Assembly: GCA_040954595.2 (NCBI GenBank)
Contig: CM082587.2
Span: 6,623,705 to 6,687,704, forward strand
Source: Balanoglossus misakiensis
Lineage: Eukaryota > Animalia > Hemichordata
Direction of reading: 5' to 3'
Length of the DNA stretch: 64,000 nucleotides
Below the pieces are notes generated by a model that saw only the letters and a program-made list of their open reading frames with translations, was not told where the DNA came from and searched no databases. Below, in pieces: positions 1 through 13,600 of this stretch. Each line of letters opens with the position of its first letter. Position 1 is the first letter of the stretch. A program made the translations under genes and the position numbers.

Positions 1-25
1 AAGGTCAAGTTGGCTAGGGAGTACA

Positions 26-33
26 TGACGTCA
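26..33. promoter_or_regulatory. Palindromic CRE (TGACGTCA) upstream of gene 1
   Basis: Perfect ATGACGTCAT about 150 bp upstream of the ATG at 180; function not shown. Confidence 0.35.
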
Positions 34-179
34 TAAAGGTGTTGTTCGATGGGCCTGGCTAGGTGCGCTTGACATGTTGATTTCAGTGTATGGAGTTCGC
101 ACGGTGACAGTGCAGTGCGGATCGCGGAGTGAAATTGTGTGAATTTTCCTCGTTATTCTCTCTGATTTGTCACGAAAGA

Positions 180-3100
180 ATGGGTTGTGCGTGCTCCGCA
201 TGTGATGGAGGTAAGTTACATCGAAATGTGTGGAAAAAATCGTGAGTTCACGAGTAACATGACCGCGATGAAGTGTTTGAGCTGTATGTGTGTGTGCTGC
301 CTTGGTTCATGCGTTATTTCTAATCTGTGCCACCCGGGCCGATCGATATCCCATATACCGGTACTTGTAGTACGTCGATCGCTCTAATACTGTTTATACA
401 TTTAGTGTACAATTTCTAGACAAGCATATTTTAGTGCCTCTGGTTTCGTTGTGGCTAGGTTTCGTCACGTCCCAGATGATACCACAGTAGTGAAATCATC
501 GTCGTGCAGGTCAGCTGTACTTTCTAATCGTCATGACAACAAGTGTACTGTATTGTATATATCGTTTCTAGGTTGCAGTCTTGTCAATATTTTCATCAAC
601 GAAACCCCGAAGTAGATGTAAAGTGGTACTACGTCCATGTATTGCTACTATAAATTTGTTTCTTGTGATCGTACCAGCCAGTAATCATATATACCCAGGG
701 TAAATGAATGGGAGTTTTAGTGTTCACTTACAACCCCCGTGACAAAACCCAGCGAAAGATAATAAAAATGGCTTAGAGATAGGGAACAACTGGATTGATA
801 GATATTGAGAATCTGTTTTAATGAAATAACGTAAATACATGTAACAACTTAAAGCAACAGGTGGGCTGGCCAGACAGTGAAGTGTCACCCCATTCCCGAT
901 TCGCCTTTTCATTTGTCTGTCACAGGGTACCATACATAATGTAGTTTGGTAACAGTTATACATTTTACTGTACTCTGAGTTAGTACAAGGTGATGAAAAT
1001 TCCGGAAAATGATACTGTTTGATTTTTTTTTCTATCAAAAGAACAATGTACCGGTATATTATAGGCCCTGACTATTTGTATCTAATGTGTGTCACACTCC
1101 AAAGTGTTTACTTGTCAACTTGGAGTGTTGTATTGAAGCAGCAACAATAGACATTGTGTGGGGAAGGTTCTGTCAGACCTCTGAGCTTTGTCTCAATTGT
1201 TGTTTGTCTGTACAATTGTGCAACACTTCAATTGGCATTTTAAAATCGTCCTGGGAATCCAGAATTTACCTGGTGGTAATTGTGGTGAGAAGTACCAAGC
1301 GTAAACATCGGTTTCATTTTGTGAAGAGTGGGAGGTTGAAGTGTTTGCGCTGATACTGATAGTAGATCAGAGAATGTTACTCAGATAACGTGATTTAATT
1401 AAACACCAGGTAAAAATACTGATGGCATGTCGCAGTAGTCCCTTCTGTAAATAGGAAAACATGTCCACGACAATAGGAATTAACAAAATGTGATTGATTT
1501 CAATGTATATGCTACTATGTAATCTCGTTTGTATGGAAAGATTACTATATGTTTGCATCAAGTTTTACGATAAAAAAATTATTGCAAAGTATAATATATT
1601 AATTAACACTCAGCACTAAATTCTAGGTTTGGTTTGATAGACAATGTGAGTCATGATAATGATTGCCCCCCCCCCCTAATTTAATACTTAAGACATCCTG
1701 GATTCCTGTAAGACTGCTCACATTTCTTAGCATCCTCACACTTGTCCATCATCGAAGTCTCGTAAACGTTAACTGTGTTTGATTTAGCGATTCTCAGCAA
1801 ACCACCTGTTGAAAAGTTTCGCTTTGAATACCTGGAACAAAGCCAGAGTGAAATGAAAGTACGGCAGTATTATCAATTGTCAGAATAATTGACAACCACT
1901 GAGATTCCACGCTTTAAAACAAATATCCTGCCTGAGAATTTCTGATCTGCTTGACTTCTCTCAACGTGCCGTTCTACACTCAACAGTAACATGTCCACAA
2001 AACCAGTACGGGCATGACTATTTGTTTCTCGTCAGTTTATCAGTATATCATTATATCATTATTTGCTCATGCCTGACCCTTTGCATCTTTATGGTATCTG
2101 AGTTTTATTGAAACTGGGCTGGCAAAAGATTTGTTTGCTCAAACTGTTGATTCACCAGTTCTCCTTAGATAATGTCTAGAATCCATCCTTGAAGCCTGTT
2201 CTCAGCTGGTGTTCCCTCTTGTGGGATCAAAGTATTGATTAATCAATTGTTCTGGCAGAGATTTACAGAATAGAGTCCATTCAGCCTCGCCATTGTGGTG
2301 TACGTATCCGGTTGTGGAGAGAGCAGAATCTCCTGGGATGCTGATTTAACGACTGTTTGAACTGTTTTCCGGATTCGAGATCAGTCGACTGATGTAATAG
2401 CCAGTTTAACTGAACTGTTTAGGTCAGAGGTCATGGCACCAGGCTGCAGCTGAGAGATTTTGGCAACTGTACTTCAATCAGAGACAGTAGATTGAAGCTT
2501 CTACTCAGTAATCTCCAAGAATCAAACAAGTGTCAAAAGTGCGTTTGAGTAATGTCATGTTGAATCAAGTTATGTCCAGGGACTTTGGCTTTTATTCAGT
2601 GACAATACAGTTATGCGACTGTGGTCATCTACTTCGTTCTGACATTTTGACATGGTCTGTGCAAACAGTGTGATTAGTGTGTCAGACTTTAAATGACACA
2701 TTTGGAATCATTCCAGTATGTCACCTGCGGTTGTAATGGCCGTGCCTACGTATGAATGCTTGTGAGTGACATTTATTACAGTGCTACAAAAATATGTAAT
2801 AATTATTAATAAGTATCATTGTAACTTGGACTGCTTAACTGAGCTTTGTAAGAATGTGTGTGTGTGCATCACTGATTCCTGCTTCCTCAAATTTTGGCCA
2901 AATTTTTATGCCTTTCAGCCCATGGGTTCAAACGAGAAGAAATTTAGTTCAAAAGTGAAAAGGGGATATTAAATTTTCATAAACTTCTTTTGATGAGATC
3001 TGCAGAAAAGAGCAGGCCAAGTCTCATTTTACTGGAAGGGTACTGTACTTTTGAAATACAATCTGTCCTCGCGATGGTCCGGGGAGGGATCATGGTTAAA

Positions 3101-6100
3101 TTAAGGGAAATACATTATGTCCTCGCAATGTTTAGTTAAGGGAAATACTTGTATTCAGCAATGAGAAGAGAAAGGATTAAACAACAGCTAAGAAACTGTG
3201 ACTCGTCACCGCAAAAATGCCAAGGTCGGCCGTCTGTCTCTGTCAAGGCAGTCTTAAATATCCATGCAAATTACTTGTATGTAGTCAGTGACAGAAGTAC
3301 TATACATTCACACGGGTGAGCAGTTTTTGCAAAGTAAAGCAACTGTTGATGACAGGAGTGTAGAGTTAGCTAAGGTGTGGCAAGTTAATGAACCGTGATA
3401 CGTCCAATATCACCTTGGCTCATGGTCATGAGCAAGGCTGTAAAATAACACTAATGAAGTTTATAAACCAGTCTTTGATTGAAAAGGACTCAATGTAAAT
3501 ACTGTAAAACGGGTTATTTTCGCGAGCAATAAATTTTCACGAAATACGCGAGAGCCAACGAAACACAAACATAAAAAGTCGCGTAAAAACATTTTTCGGA
3601 GATAGCGATGCAGTGAAATAAGAGAACGCGAAAATAAATCCTCGCGTAACAGTTGCCTTTTCTGATATGGTGGAAATTTCCTGTCGTGAAAATAACGCGT
3701 TTTACAGTAGCTTCCTACCCAACTTTATGTTCATTGCAATTATACTCCAGGTGGAATTTTTAAGTGCTCACTTTTCAAGTTGAATTTATCTGACAGCATT
3801 TCTATTTATTTTTTGGGTTCTGTAGCTGCGCCTCCCACTCAAAAACGTGACACAACTTTGAAAGTTGATATGAATCGGCGACTTGACGCAGCTCAGAAAA
3901 GACGTAAGAGTATCGACCGAAGACACAACGAGTCAACTCACAAAGCCAAGGTAGAAGAATATCGTTGCATTTTGCTCTCAATTAATGTATTATGTTTTGG
4001 TTACAATACTTTGATTCGGTACGTCTGTATCACACTGAACTTTGACGTTCACTCTCACAGTAAGACTTACGCTATGTTCGATTTTACTCTTTTTCATTCA
4101 GCAAATCTCGGACCATGCCCTTGAAGAAAAGGAACGTCTGTCCATGTCTGTGAGGTCTTCAAAACATCGGCACCAAAATGGAGTCATCCCTATCAACCAA
4201 TCCGAGCCAGGTAAAGGCAGTTGTGGTTGAAACTATAGAAATCAGAAGATACTTGTATACATTTTATACACTTTCTATAATTTTCTGGTTGGTTCACTCG
4301 TATAATAGAGGGGTGTATAATGAGAACAGTATCTGAGTCAAAATAGAAAGCAGTCACAATCTGAAGACTAAATCTTAACTAGTCGCCAGTTTTCAAGATT
4401 TTAAGGGCCCTAATTGTGTTGACTGAAAAATAGAGTAGATTGACATTTGTAGTAATTTTATGATCTCACAGCTCAGGCATGGGGAGGTACACCTGATGTT
4501 AGGAAAGATAGTATGCCAGCAACTGAGACTGAAGCTGTGGTAGGTGAAGCTAGGGTAGAAAGCAAACCGCCTGAGGTAGGCAGTGTTGAAGCTGAGCCAG
4601 TCAGGGTTGCGGATGAGGCAGGTGGTAGCACAGAGCAGGAACAGACTGAAATTGCAGGAGAGGTTAGGGACGACGCAGGAGTTCATGACGCAGCCATAGG
4701 GAAAGATCGAGACGGAAGTAAGATTCTGATTGGGAATGAGGGTCAGGGCGGAGAGGAGGGTGTTGACGGAAGTGTGGGGAGAAAAGAATCAGTGGCTGAT
4801 GAGGCGGAAGCCGTGATAGAAAAGAGTGCGGAAAAGCTCGCGGAGGAGGTGCTCGCGGCAGGGGACACGGAGAAAGGTGGAGAAGAGACGGAGAGCGAGG
4901 GACTGGAGAAAGAAGCCCAGAAAACAGAGAGTGAAGAGCTGCGCGAGAAAATCGAGGAAGACAAGTTGATCGCCGAGATTCTGTCGTCCAATCCAGCGAG
5001 TCAGGTGGCTCTGGTCGCGACGCGGTCGGACACTTCGGCCACTAAAGGCAGCCCCAGAACAACGCCCAGGGGCAGTCGTCCAGGAACACCTCGCAAGACG
5101 AGTTCCATGGCGCCCGTGGCCTCCTCTGTGGCCCCTCTGGGAGACGACAGTGCGATTGCGGAGTCCCTAAGTCCGACGAAAGCTCAATCGAGAACGAGTC
5201 GTCCGGATAGCCCTCGTCCCGGTAGCCCGGATCCCGCTCTTCTGAAAACCAAATCGACTTTCAGCTCCAGGTACGGGATGCTGGAACCCCGTGCGGTCAG
5301 CCCAGTGCCAGAGGTCGACAGTCTACCGCAGCTCTCTCCCAGGGGCAGCTTCCAAGTAAGCGATGAGAAGTCATCGGCTCCCACGTCTTCTGCCGTTGCT
5401 AAGATCTCCTCCGCAGAGATCGTCTTTGAAAAGGGAACGTCTCGCGAGGATTCAGTACCGGAAGTCACCCTGGAAGACTACAAGAGGCCAGGCAGTCCGG
5501 TGCCTCCTGACAGTGAGGAACGACTGAAGCCTGCAGCTGCGAGTCCCAGCCCCAAAACGAGCAAGGAGGCACTGACACCGACTGGCAGTCCGGTACAAGC
5601 CTGGAGCAAGGAACAACTGAAAACAGCTGCCAGTCCAGTTGCTGCAGGGAGCCAGGAACTGGTGCAGCCAGTTGCCAGTCCAGCGCCATTAGGTAGTCAG
5701 GAGCAGTTGAAACCAGCAACCAGCGCAGTGCCGACAGGAAGCCAGGGTGAGCTCAAATATGCTGGCAGTGCAGTTCCAGCGGGGAGCCAGGAACAGTTGA
5801 AACCAGCAACCAGTCAACTGCCAGCAGGGAGCCAAGAGGAACTTGTATCTGCTGCCAGTGCAGTTCATGCAGGGAGCCAGGAACTAGCACAACCATCTGC
5901 CAGTCCAGTGCCCACGGAAAGTCAAGAGCAGTTGAAACCAACTACCAGTCCAGTGCCTGTAGGTAGCCAGGAACACCTGAAACCAGAGAGCCAGGATCAA
6001 TTGAAGCCAGCTGCCAGTCCAGTGCCAGTAGGAAGCCAGGAACAGCTGCTACCAACTGCCAGTCCAACACCAGCATCGGCTGATCCAGCGTCGCAGCAAG

Positions 6101-7360
6101 ATGTTATTCAGTGCGAAAGAGTGAAATCACTAATTGATGCAGAGCATCGACCTCCCACTCCACCACCGCCAACTTTGAGCCGTTCAAGTAGCCTCCAAAT
6201 TCCTTCAGAGGTTTTTGGTACTGGAGCCACATCACCAGGTCTGAAATCATCGTTTGTACAACCGGTGAGTCAAGAGCCCAGTGTCCAAAGTGTGAAAGAT
6301 GCACTTGATGGTGCCAAGAGTACTGGAAGTATAAAGCCAAATTCAGCGAGCAATGTCAGTTCTCTTGCAGCTGCTGACTTGAAATCGAGCGCTTCTGGTC
6401 CAAAATCTGGCATAGCCAGTAACAAAGGGAGCTCAACCAGTGCTAAATCCACTTCCGCAAAAATGAAATCTAGTTCTGCTAGCATGAAGGCCTCTTCTAC
6501 CAGCACCAAAGCCAGTGCCACAAATGCCAAAGTCAGCTTCACCAGTGCCAGAGCCAGCAGCACCAATAAAAAGGCCAGTGCCACCAGTGCCAGGGTCAGT
6601 GTCACCAGTGCTAAAGCCAGTACCACCAGCACCAAAGCCAGTGCCAAAACCAGTAACACTAGTGCAAAGACCAGTAATACCAGTGCAAAAGCCAGTGCCA
6701 CCAGCACCAAAGCCAAAACCAGTAACACCAGCACAAAGGCTAGTAATACCAGTGCAAAAACCAGTACCACCAGTGCCAAAGGCAGTAGAACCAGTGCAAA
6801 AACCAGTACCACCAGTGCCAGTGTTAAGAGGCAGAGCATTTCCAGCCTGAAGTCAAAGAGTAGTGAGAAATCTTTAAAAGGAGCAAGTTCTAAGGGCCAA
6901 TCAAAAGACTCCAAAACGAGTGTCTCCAGTACAAACAAGAGCGTATCTGTATCCAAAGACCTTGACAGTGGACCGCCCGAGGACAAGTCATCTGATGCTG
7001 AAAACGAACAGCTGATGTCAATCGCAGTGGATCCTCGTCCAAGTGTGGACATAGTCATCGATGAATGCAGTCCAAATAAACTGTCTGATGCCTCTCTTGC
7101 CTCAGGTAGAGCTAATAATAGATAATGCTTACTAGGGTACTTCATATCAGCCTTGTGTTATTGCATGCAAAATAAAATTATTGACAATGTAGAGCAGGGA
7201 CCCACAAGGACACTTGGCTCATGGCCTAAATGCATCCTTGATTCTCTTTCTTTCAGAAGGGAAGAATTCGGCATCATCGTCCGATACGAGACAAAATGCC
7301 TGGGAAGAGACGAATGGAAATGCTGGAGTCACGCAGTCGGATTCCAAGCACTCGTCGTAA
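180..7360 (+). CDS. Uncharacterised ~1000-aa protein: N-terminal MGCACSAC acylation motif, stathmin-like motif, long acidic / Pro-Ser repeat / Ser-Thr-Lys low-complexity region
   Basis: Exons joined in frame through GT-AG introns: 180-210 (MGCACSACDG, phase 1), 3826-3950, 4102-4210, 4472-7105 (contains the 870-aa ORF), 7257-7360 (stop TAA). Total 3003 nt. Segment PPTQKRDTTLKVDMNRRLDAAQKRRKS resembles stathmin [25 protein letters not shown]. Confidence 0.7.
3500..3709. mobile_element. MITE with ~25-bp TIRs and TA flanks (Tc1/mariner-like, non-autonomous)
   Basis: Left TACTGTAAAACGGGTTATTTTCGCG versus right CGTGAAAATAACGCGTTTTACAGTA (2 mismatches); homologous truncated copy at ~43948-44104. 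Confidence 0.8.
5485..6070 (+). repeat. Coding minisatellite: ~45-bp / 15-aa unit (ASPVPVGSQEQLKPA), about a dozen degenerate copies
   Basis: Repeated GSQE(Q)LKP(A)ASP in the translation; repeated GCCAGTCCAGT...AGCCAGGAACAG in the DNA. Confidence 0.85.
6435..6822 (+). repeat. Coding ~21-bp / 7-aa Ser/Thr/Ala/Lys repeat (TSNTSAK-like)
   Basis: Tandem ACCAGTGCCA/ACCAGCACCAAAGCC units. Confidence 0.85.
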
Positions 7361-7495
7361 TCTGCCGTCCTGCTTTTTGACCGGAAAAGAAAATATGGAC
7401 ATTTACATGGGAGAGACTAGCTGTGGGTTAAGGGAAACTATGGGGTTAAATTTTAAGTTATTGGCCAACTATGGGAAACGCGTGCAATCACTGCA

Positions 7496-7556
7496 TGTGT
7501 GTGTGTGTGTCTGTGTCTGTGTGTATGTGTGTGTGTATGTATGTGTATGTGTGTGT
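7496..7556. repeat. Imperfect (TG)n microsatellite in the 3' region of gene 1
   Basis: tgtgtgtgtgtgtctgtgtctgtgtgtatg... Confidence 0.9.
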
Positions 7557-10500
7557 GGGATTACGTTGAAAAAATTCTGCGTCCAGGGTGTGTGTGTGGT
7601 TCGGGGGGAAAACGGACGGGTAATAGGTCGGTTATTTTGGCTGGGTGAATTGGGGCAGCTGTTAGAGGCTGTAGTCTATGTATGTGTATATATTTTTCAG
7701 GGTTGGGGGAGGGGGGGGGGGTCATCAGGGTACCAAGCTTCAGTCCCATATGAATTTGTAACAAATATGACACTATCAACCATATAAAAGTGAGCAATTT
7801 TCTCAGAAAAAAAAGCATCAAAAGTCTTGTAATCTGCAATATCGGCGTATCGTTCATTTTCTTTGGTCTCAGCGGCAGTTGCTAAACTCTTCCACTCTTT
7901 GTAAATATGTAATAAAATCAATGTAAATAGGTCTCAGAATAACTGCTTGACTTTTTATTCAACGATTGACTTTTGATATCATCAGTCCAGCTGATGACTT
8001 TATATGTAAGGATAAAATTGATCCTTCCAATTGTAATTTGCAATATTTTTTGTTTCATGTGAAACGATAATTTTTTTATGAGAACATTTTTATACTTTTT
8101 TACATATTTACACTATTCTGATATTTTCTATCGTGCATACAGAGTAAAGAGAACTGTAGATGGTAAATAACCTTTGCACTTAGCCCTGGTGACCTTCAAC
8201 GTCATTCAGACACTTTCACAGTAGCTGGGCTGAAAGGGTTATCTGAAGGTGTCCATTTTAATTTGAAAAGGGTGAAGACAGACATTTATTATGGCAGCCA
8301 AGTGGGCGTGTGAACAAAGTGCCCGTTTAAGGTGTGACAGCAAAAAATAGCAAGCATAGACACGATGAAACTGTTTTATGTATAGATAAACAGAATATAC
8401 ATTTCGTAGATGAAAAATGAATGTGAAATTTATTTAGGGCGAAATTGGTTGACCACTAACTGTCTTCAAGTTTTCTCAGATATTCTTTGAATTCTAGCAC
8501 CCGTCCATGACAAAATGGAGTGAAGCAGATGTTAACTTTTTCTCGTAATTTATAAAACACTGTTTTATTACAAAGCAAACTAGAATACCATGTCATAGTG
8601 AATGACATTCTTTCCCACATATATTTTATTGAATGATACCGTTGGGTTTCTGCGAAGATTTCATTGTGTGTATATCTCAGTATACATTTACATGAACTTT
8701 TTTTATTTTAGTTTAAAAATGAAAATACACCATGAAGAGGATGCAAAAAGTGCTAATAATACTAAACGAAATGATATTGCATGCTGAACATTTAGTTGGC
8801 CACAAGTGCAAATGTTTGAGGTTTGTTTTCAAATGTTTACCTTGGTTATAAGCGTTGCCAGAAGTGTTGGTAGATCCCCTGTTGAGGGCACTTTGCAAGA
8901 TCCCCCAATTTCTGGTCTTAGTTTCAAATTTGTTCATGTTTGGCATGGGACATTTCGCATCTAGTTGGAAAACAAAGATGCACATTAAAATAAATATTAT
9001 GATGTATTGTTTCAAAAATTTTAATGTATTAATATAAAATAATCATACATTTTTATATGTTTATATTTTTATGCATATTCAGATGTAAATTTTTCGATCT
9101 CTAAGAGAATGATACAGTGACATTTAATCAGCTGTCTAGTAAATTTATCACATTTTTTATAAAGTGAAGAATTTAAACTCAATGCTACTTTCAAATATAA
9201 AGTGATAATTTGCATTACGGCATACGCATAATAAAACCATAACAAAAGAATAATTTGAGATAGAATGTGTAATATTTTCAGATTTTTTTGTGGTGATATT
9301 TATATCAATGATTACATGTTGAAGTTGGGTGCCAGCCATGAAGTGTGCTTGAGTGTACGAGTTCGTTCATCAGTTGCAGTGAGAGCACAGTTTGAGAGAG
9401 TGGCAACTGTCTGAAGGATGCGTCATAAAAATTATCTTTCAGGAATTGTCTACTTGTGCATGAACTCATCATTATTTGATAATAAGTTCAGTCTCACATT
9501 GACGGCACCCATTTTGTCACAAAAATCACAAAACAAGTTTTTATTGTCAGGAATATTCATTGCATTTTAATTTAAAAAAAGGATATGATTTTGCACCCAG
9601 ATTTACATTTAAAAATCACAGCATTTGAACGCCAAAAGTCTCATAATGCATCAAAATCTCCACAATCAACATGTAAATAACATCTGCTTAAATCATACAA
9701 ACGGATGTAATGAATTCAGCTGGAATTACAATTTGAAGTTTTATTGCAACTTATCTGCTCAGCAGTACCAATTTCAGAGAGGTTCTCCTTAGAGTTGCAT
9801 GCCTACAAGCACTAAAACAATGATTACTAACACAATGAAAAGTAAAAAAAAAATACAGTCACTACAGTAAAACCTGATAGACAGGCATAGTACACAGATT
9901 GGTGTCCAAATAATGCACACAAACATAATACATCTCTTTTGAAGACTGAAGATTGTTTGACACTTCAAGTACTTTATTCCACATGGGAAGATTTTCAAAA
10001 TTGTCAAAACAAACGCCTAAATTAGTGTGCGAATGCAAACTGATTTCTAGGCTTATCCTGTGTATTTGCAAACCACAAAGCAAGGCCCCTGCACCAACAA
10101 ACATTTTATACAACTTGGAAATTCCATGGATGAGGATAAACCCTGTAAAAATTCAACTATTACTTAATTTCTACATCTAAAACATATCAAAATACATGTA
10201 TCTTACATGAGGATGAAATTTCATTATTTAAGTGTTTTTCAAAGCACATATTCATCCCTTGATTGGCTGTTTACTGACTGGATTTATTTTCAAAAATAGC
10301 AGCTGTCTTATTGCCTCTTATTACAACTGCTGGACATTTCTTTGATCAATAGGACGCCCTCTGGAGAGCTTGGAATATTTCACATAGAAATAAGTTATGA
10401 GGTCAGTGTCTGTGAAAAGACAAAACTCAGATTTTAATGGATTAGAAAAAAAGTTCATTGGTCATTGATCTCGTGGATCAAGTTTATTTTCTGAGGTTTT

Positions 10501-10633
10501 GAGAGTTCTGAAGGGGCATTGATTATGACAAATGTTAAATATATACATCTCAGAAGGCTGGTTCACGAATGTGTGCTTCACTCAGAATAGTACATTCTCA
10601 GATGAGTTTGTTCGAAACACCCGAGGTCAAATT

Positions 10634-13600
10634 TTACAGTCGAATTTTACCACTACATATGTCATCATAGTCCTGATTTGTCAACTCTTTGTAATAACCC
10701 GTCTTCGTGTCCATGAAGTACATTTTGTCTTTCACTACGTTTGGATTGAAACTCTCCTTCTTCAGGTCCGTCTTAACTATCTTGTGGGTTCCTGGTGATC
10801 GAAGATGAAACAAGTTCATTATAAGTGCACCGTATGTGAATAATTCACTGTATGCTGTAAAGGCACTGTCTTGAGCATCATTCTGCACCCTTTCACCCCC
10901 CATTTCCCGCACATGGATTCATCCAACCCTAAAAGTTGACATGGATCACAGTATGGTGTAAAAAGGTAAACAATGCATGCTGCAAGTCATATTACCTGTT
11001 GTGTCTACAGTTTCTGCTAATCTGAGGAACAGTGGTCTCGCATAGCTCGGTAACTCCCTCGTGAGTTTGCTGGCAAAGGCAACCAAGTCTAAACTGTGTC
11101 CGTCCACAATCGCGGCCATGCCACATCTACCTTCAACTCCTGTGAGAAGATAAACACGCAGCAGTGAAAACACTACAGAATTCTACCTGCAACATTTTAC
11201 TATCATGTACGGTTAATCAGGGTTTCAAGATGGCCGACTGGGGGATCGTTGTCAAGGAGAGACGAAAAAGGACAAGGACTATCCAATCAACTGTCGGGTT
11301 TGATAGAGTTCATACTCATAACACATAAAATCACCTTAGCTGATGTTTACTCAAATCTGCGCAAGTAACCACACTTCAGCATGGACCATGCAAATAGAAC
11401 ATAACCCAAGATGCACCACAATGTCTTGTATTTGGACCCCCCAGCAGCAAATCTGTTAAAATTGTTTTAGGTGTAGTAAATCTCCCTTGATTTACCTGGT
11501 ACTTCGACTCCATACACAACCACGTCACGGAGCCCCAGTATTCGACTAATGGTCCCCTCCACCTCGGTGGTGGAAACGTTCTCTCCTCTCCACCTGAAGG
11601 TGTCGCCCGCCCTGTCTCTGAAGTACATGTAGCCACACTCATCCATCACCAGTACATCACCTGTTTATAAAGAAAAATATCGGTTCACAGTTGAACTCAA
11701 AGCGATCCTTGATGTGATTGGTCAACTTTCCCCCATTGGCCTCCCTCTGTGTTCAAATTCATGATGGCCGTACGTGTGACGGCGCCAGACTCATGAAAAG
11801 GGTGTATTGAAACCAGGAATGGTCATATACTAACCTGAGAGAAACGCAGTATCACCTGGGTAGAAGACATTGTGGGCCACTTTCTTTTTTGTGGCTTGAG
11901 GGTTGACGTATCCATGGAATTCTCTGGTCGGATCACCGTGGATGATCTTGCCAACCAGCTCACCAGGTTCACCTAAAATGGGACATTTTTAACTTTTACG
12001 ATGTCATGCATGTGTACTTGGATCCAACCTCAGAAAGGATCCCCCTCTGTAGTTCGAATACTGACATAAAGTATACATTGTAACATGAGAACACTTCTTC
12101 CATATACAATGCAATGTTTGGTACTGACCAAGAATTCAATGGCACTTGTAGGCCATATTAATACTGTTCACTTTTTTCTGGCTCACCTGGCTTACTCAGC
12201 ACACACAAGCCAGTCCTGGGGTCTCTCACAAGTTCACCGGTGTCTTCATTTACAAGGATCAATTTGATTGGGTAAGCCCAGGGCGCCATGACAGAATTGA
12301 AGCCGACAGCACCTGGTTTGCCGTCGATATTGACAACATTTGCGTTACCTTCTGTAGCGCCATAGAACTCGGCAATCTGTGACAATTGGGAAAACGGGTG
12401 TTGTCAGGTTTCAAGGAAGAGAACTTTGTGGCAAAAGTAACCTACAAAGAGATTGTCTCGAGTCTGATTTCCGGATCTCAATTCATGCTATCCTATTCAA
12501 ATAACAGTTTTCTGTGTGACACTGATTCTGAGTGTAACTCGCGCAATTTTCCCAAGTCACATTTTTATAGTACGGTAGGTCTTGATTTGTTCAGAAACAT
12601 TTTGTAGTCTGCAACCGATATTAATTGCTTTTTCAATGCACATGTGGAACAGTTCACTGTTTTCTAAAATTTAGGGCCCAACCACACATTAAAGTGGGGG
12701 TGTGCAGCCAACGAATGATGTGACAAACAATACACATTTGCTGGCGTGGCGTTTTGTGATGTCTTACCTTTGGAATATTATACCTGGCGACGAATTTGTC
12801 CCATATCTGTGCTCTCAGTCCATTGCCAACTGCCATGCGTATTTTATGCTGTCTGTCAACGGCCTTCTCCGGCTGAGCCAATAAGTACCGGCAAATCTCC
12901 CCAATGTACTGGATGATCTGAAATCATGAAAAATCCACTAATATTAAATTCCACTGCAAGACAAAATTGTTATGGTTTGGTATGATGTACATGATTTGCT
13001 ATGGGATGGTGTGGTTGGATTTCATTTTGATGTCCGAAAGCAAAATTACAAAAACAGATAGACCACTACTTCTGAATCATATGAATGCACCGGATTAAAT
13101 ATACAACTTACTGTACAGTTATACTCGATGCAATCGTCCCAAAAGCGACTGGCCGAGAATTTCTTCCTGATGACGATAGTCAGTCCATTCAGGACGCACT
13201 GGCCAGCACCGACGATACCCCCAGCCGAGTGGTACAGGGGCAATGTACAATAGACTACATCCTCTGGTCGCATTCGGAACACGGAGTACATACCAAATGC
13301 CATGTACACAAATCTAAACACCAAAAAACACCACATGTTATGCTATTTGTCTTGTATTATAGACTCTTCAGAAAGCTTATCAGTCTCGGCCTATTTTCCC
13401 AAACTCAAAGTGGCATTTCACATACTGCTTTGAGACAAATTACAGATGTTTTTGAAGAAACAAAATTGTGAAAATTTGGAAGCAGTGTTATTCACATTAA
13501 ATCACCTCTTTCAACAGAAAACTGCACTTTATCATCTGCTGACAAAAGTACAATGTATGTTTATTTGTTCTTTCATAACTCACCTAGCATGGGTAATTAT

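Noticed and set aside
6515-6850. Pro/Val/Lys-rich alternative-frame ORF
   Set aside because: Frame-shifted reading of the same repeat
6270-7145. 291-aa extremely hydrophobic (L/V/A) minus-strand ORF that looks like a membrane protein
   Set aside because: It is the antisense reading of the ACC-AGT-GCC-AAA coding repeat of gene 1, with no independent splice or homology support
7296-7787. 163-aa ORF with a CVCVCV tract
   Set aside because: Crosses the stop of gene 1 in another frame and translates a (TG)n microsatellite in the 3' UTR
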